Below, in pieces: positions 60,770 through 64,000 of a stretch of DNA of 64,000 nucleotides. Position 1 is the stretch's first letter. Each line of letters starts with the position of its first letter. Made by a program: the position numbers and the translations under genes. The stretch comes from a candidate division WOR-3 bacterium (GTDB lineage Bacteria > Hydrothermota > Hydrothermia > UBA1063 > CAJXJZ01), in assembly GCA_027038175.1 (NCBI GenBank), contig JALVYB010000098.1, positions 7,606 through 71,605 on the forward strand, read 5' to 3'. The notes below the pieces were generated by a model. The model saw only the letters and a program-made list of their open reading frames with translations. It did not search any database and was not told where the DNA came from.

Positions 60770-61950
60770 GCACAATATTATATATGTTCATATCTTTTGT
60801 CGGTGGATATACAGGGTATGTGCTTGATTATGGATATGGAGCCAGAGCCTTTGCTATGGGTTCCTCTTATTATGGTATGAGCGGTGATGTTATTTCCGGT
60901 GCGTATAATCCTGCGTCACTTGGATTCCTTATGGAAAATGGACTGAGCGTAACTTATGCACCCCTTGAGTTTGATGAAACTTTTACCTCTCTTGTGTTTT
61001 CCAAGGTTGTAAGTGGCAATTTGAACTATGCTGTGTTTATGGCCGGGCTTAATACCCCTGGATTTGAAGGCAGAGACCTGAACAACTATCATACGGGAAC
61101 ATACTGGTTTGTTCAGTATGGTGGTGGTGTATCTGTGGGAAGAAGGTTGAGTGACCCCATAGCTCTTGGCATAAAAATAAAGTTTCTATACTCCAGGATA
61201 AGGACCGATGTGGGAGCCGGTTTTGGAGCAGATGCAGGCATGTACTACGTTTTCAATGATTACTTAAGGGGCGGGCTTGTGTTAAAAAATATTATTCCTA
61301 TGAGTGTTTCCTATCTTGGAGAAAGAGAGAGGGCCCCAATTGGGTTAATAAGTGGATGGGATATAAGACCAACCTCTTTCCTGCATTTTACAGTGGATTT
61401 TGCTTATTCACCATTTTACGGTTTTCAAACCTCATTTGGTGGTGAAGGGAATTTTCTTGATATATTCAGTGTGAGGGGAGGTATTAATTCACGGGAAATA
61501 ACAGGAGGGATAGGAGTATCCAGGGATTATAAGAATTATACAGTGAAACTGGATTATTCCTATGCCATGCCGCGGGGGATTACGGTTTTTCATGATATGC
61601 ATAGACTCTCTTTAACATTTAATTTCGGAGGTTATCGTGTTTATGCCGTTTCAGAACCCTCAGTTTTGAGCATAACCGATGAAAACGCAGTGGCGAAAAT
61701 AAGGTTGCATATCAATCTTCCCTACAGAGTAAACCAGTGGTCTTTGACTATAAAGACTCGTGGCGGGGAGTTTGTCAGGAAGTTTGAAGGAAAGAATACT
61801 CCTCCGCTTGTTCTTATGTGGGACGCAAGGGATATAAACGGTATGATAGTGCCCGACGGAACCTATATGTACGAACTCAGGGTTGTAGATGAGTACGGTA
61901 ACGAGTATGTAAAAACGGGAAAACTTGTTAAAGTAAGGCTTGCGTTATGA
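60763..61950 (+). CDS. PorV/PorQ family beta-barrel fused to a C-terminal FlgD-Ig domain
   Basis: GARAFAMG...YNPASLG PorV/FadL plug motif; DYSY...HRLSLTFNF barrel end; WDARDING..VPDGTYMY. Confidence 0.8.
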   Translation: MVGTILYMFISFVGGYTGYVLDYGYGARAFAMGSSYYGMSGDVISGAYNPASLGFLMENGLSVTYAPLEFDETFTSLVFSKVVSGNLNYAVFMAGLNTPGFEGRDLNNYHTGTYWFVQYGGGVSVGRRLSDPIALGIKIKFLYSRIRTDVGAGFGADAGMYYVFNDYLRGGLVLKNIIPMSVSYLGERERAPIGLISGWDIRPTSFLHFTVDFAYSPFYGFQTSFGGEGNFLDIFSVRGGINSREITGGIGVSRDYKNYTVKLDYSYAMPRGITVFHDMHRLSLTFNFGGYRVYAVSEPSVLSITDENAVAKIRLHINLPYRVNQWSLTIKTRGGEFVRKFEGKNTPPLVLMWDARDINGMIVPDGTYMYELRVVDEYGNEYVKTGKLVKVRLAL

Positions 61951-64000
61951 TTGCTTTTTTACTTGGACTTTTTCTGGTTGGACGTGGTGCTGTATCGCAT
62001 GATACCACCTCCTTAAGGGAGCGGTATCTGTATATAGAACATCTGCTGGATGCCGGAAAATACGAAGAGGCACTCTCTGTATTTAAGAAGAGTTTTCATG
62101 TATTTAGCGGCTCTCCGTACGAAACAGAGGCTGCTTTTCTGTATTCAGAGCTGTATTACAATGCGGGGTATAAAGATGAATTCCTCAAACTCGCCAGGAA
62201 AATGGAGAAGAAGGTTAAAGGTACTTATCTTGAGCCAGAACTCTATTACAATCTTGCTGTGTATTATCTTGTTAACGGTTTTACCGATAGGGCTTTTGAA
62301 TACATAAGCAAACTTGAAGGTTTTGCAGACTACAAAAACTCAAGCAGAGACTACTTTTTGAGAGGGCTTTTGCAGTATATAAAAGGAAACTACCTGGAAT
62401 CTATAAAGTTCTTTGAGAAAACCAATGTTCCATGGGGTAAACTCTTTGAGGGCAGGGCGTACGCATTTACCGGAAATCCGAAAGAGGCCATATACCTTTA
62501 TAGAGCCATGTTGGATAGTTTTCAGAACACAAAACTTGAGGGGGCTATAAAATATGGAATAGTGGAGGCGCTGTTTATTTACAGTGACTATCAGGGTGTT
62601 GTGTTAAAAGGAGAGGAGTTTCTAAAAGATTTCCCGGACCATGCCCTTTTCGATTACGTTAAATATCTTGTGGGAGTGTCTTATTACAAACTTGGTAAAT
62701 ACGAGGAGTCTATAAAACAACTTTTACCGCTTGCCCAGAAAGTTTCATTTGAGTATGCTCCCCTCTCAGCGTATTTTGTGGGAAACGCAAAGATGAGAGA
62801 GGGTAAATATGAAGATGCTATTAAATACTTCCAGAGAGCGAGGTCTCAGGTTTTGAATAGTGACCTTCAGGTTCTATCCTTTTTCAGAATAGCCCAGTGT
62901 TACTATCTTGCTGGAGATACCTCGAATCTGAAACTGGCGGTTATTCAACTTAAAACCCTTCTTCCCGGTGGAATTTTAGGTGGAATGGGCCCGTATTTCG
63001 CAGGAGCTGTTGACTTTGAAAAGGGGTTATATGCGCTTTCAGAGTCAGAATTTAAAGACCTTGTGGAAAACAACTTTGTCACTGCTCTCCGTTATCCTGC
63101 TATAACTTACTATTTTGCGTCTTTACTTCGTGAAAAGAGGGCCGATAAACTTGCCACCATAAGTGCTGTGTTTGCTGAAGAACTCAATAAGAGTAATGAC
63201 CTCTGGGCGGGTTGGGCAAATCTCCTGCGGGCTGAAGCTCTTTATAGAACGTCCAGATATGAAGAGGCTGAAAAGGTGTATCTTTCCATTATATCAAAAT
63301 ATAGGGCGAGGAATCTTGTGGGAAATGCCAAGGTATCCCTTGGATGGACATATATTGCTGAGGGTCGTTACAACAATGCAGAAGAAGTACTCAATGAGGT
63401 TGCGGAAATATATACGGATACTCTTTTTGTGATTCAGGCGCATATGGGACTTGGAGTTGTATATTTTAACAATGGGGATTATAAGGATGCCTACAAAGAG
63501 TTTGCAGCAATAAGCAACACGTTCACGGATATGGACTGGATAACACCGTATGCTCTGTATTATAAGGGATTTGCACTTTATGCGATGAAGGCTTATGGGG
63601 ATGCAGTGAGTGTGTGGGAGAATCTCATAAAGAGATTCGGTTCATCTCCTATATGCGAGGAGGCTGCTTACAGACTTGCAGATACCTATAGCAAGGCAGG
63701 GGAGTATACGAAATCCAACATTTATATAGACTGGTTACTCAAGAGTTTCCCTGATGGGAAAAGGGCTCCACGCGCCCAGCTCCTGAAGGCACAGAATTAC
63801 TTCAATATGAAGAACTTTGAAAAAGCAATAGAAGAATATCAGAAGTTCCTCAAATTATATCCAGATGATGAACTAAGAAGTGCAGCACAAACAGGTATGT
63901 CGCAGGCCTTTTACTACCAGAGTCAGAATGATCCGGATGCTCTTAAAAAGTTTACTAAAAAGTTCCCGACAAGTGAATATGCTGCACAGGCTATTTATGA
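61947..64000 (+). CDS. Long tetratricopeptide-repeat protein, 3'-truncated (absent from the ORF track)
   Basis: ATG overlaps the upstream stop (ATGA); MIAFLLGLFLVG...; repeated TPR/BamD-like helices (e.g. FLKDFPDH, YLVGVSYYKLGKYEES); frame appears open to the window end. Confidence 0.85.
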   Translation, partial: MIAFLLGLFLVGRGAVSHDTTSLRERYLYIEHLLDAGKYEEALSVFKKSFHVFSGSPYETEAAFLYSELYYNAGYKDEFLKLARKMEKKVKGTYLEPELYYNLAVYYLVNGFTDRAFEYISKLEGFADYKNSSRDYFLRGLLQYIKGNYLESIKFFEKTNVPWGKLFEGRAYAFTGNPKEAIYLYRAMLDSFQNTKLEGAIKYGIVEALFIYSDYQGVVLKGEEFLKDFPDHALFDYVKYLVGVSYYKLGKYEESIKQLLPLAQKVSFEYAPLSAYFVGNAKMREGKYEDAIKYFQRARSQVLNSDLQVLSFFRIAQCYYLAGDTSNLKLAVIQLKTLLPGGILGGMGPYFAGAVDFEKGLYALSESEFKDLVENNFVTALRYPAITYYFASLLREKRADKLATISAVFAEELNKSNDLWAGWANLLRAEALYRTSRYEEAEKVYLSIISKYRARNLVGNAKVSLGWTYIAEGRYNNAEEVLNEVAEIYTDTLFVIQAHMGLGVVYFNNGDYKDAYKEFAAISNTFTDMDWITPYALYYKGFALYAMKAYGDAVSVWENLIKRFGSSPICEEAAYRLADTYSKAGEYTKSNIYIDWLLKSFPDGKRAPRAQLLKAQNYFNMKNFEKAIEEYQKFLKLYPDDELRSAAQTGMSQAFYYQSQNDPDALKKFTKKFPTSEYAAQAIY

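Noticed and set aside
368..63432. Many short antisense or alternate-frame ORFs in the track (e.g. 36199-36771, 38916-39419, 59170-59616, 62050-62307, 63163-63432)
   Set aside because: They lie within well-supported genes and show no recognisable motifs

Overview
Gene-dense, AT-rich bacterial chromosome segment, probably from a thermophilic anaerobic diderm of the FCB group or a relative (candidate phylum WOR-3/Hydrothermae is an inference from T9SS-type C-terminal domains, a PorV-family gene and the protein style). It contains the rpe-rpsP-khpA-rimM-trmD-rplS cluster, interrupted by a decaying GANTC-type restriction-modification island; a PerR-box-controlled anaerobic oxidative-stress cluster (peroxiredoxin, superoxide reductase, ferritin-like protein, high-molecular-weight rubredoxin and a rubredoxin missing from the ORF track); a Wzx/Wzy polysaccharide locus; gcvPB; sugar ABC permeases; polX and a sirtuin; a split lysine-ketoglutarate reductase/saccharopine dehydrogenase operon joined to a fused Fe-S flavoprotein oxidase; xerC-trmFO; fabG, fabD, accB, efp, pth, rplY and purA; a DRG-type GTPase; and several exported proteins. 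The strongest cross-window signals are very short signal peptides without a basic n-region, heavy D-[S/T] (O-glycosylation sequon-like) enrichment limited to exported proteins, a T9SS-like cargo/PorV/TPR module, and many apparently leaderless genes. No tRNA, rRNA, CRISPR array or transposase was seen. Family assignments come from motif recognition, not database searches.
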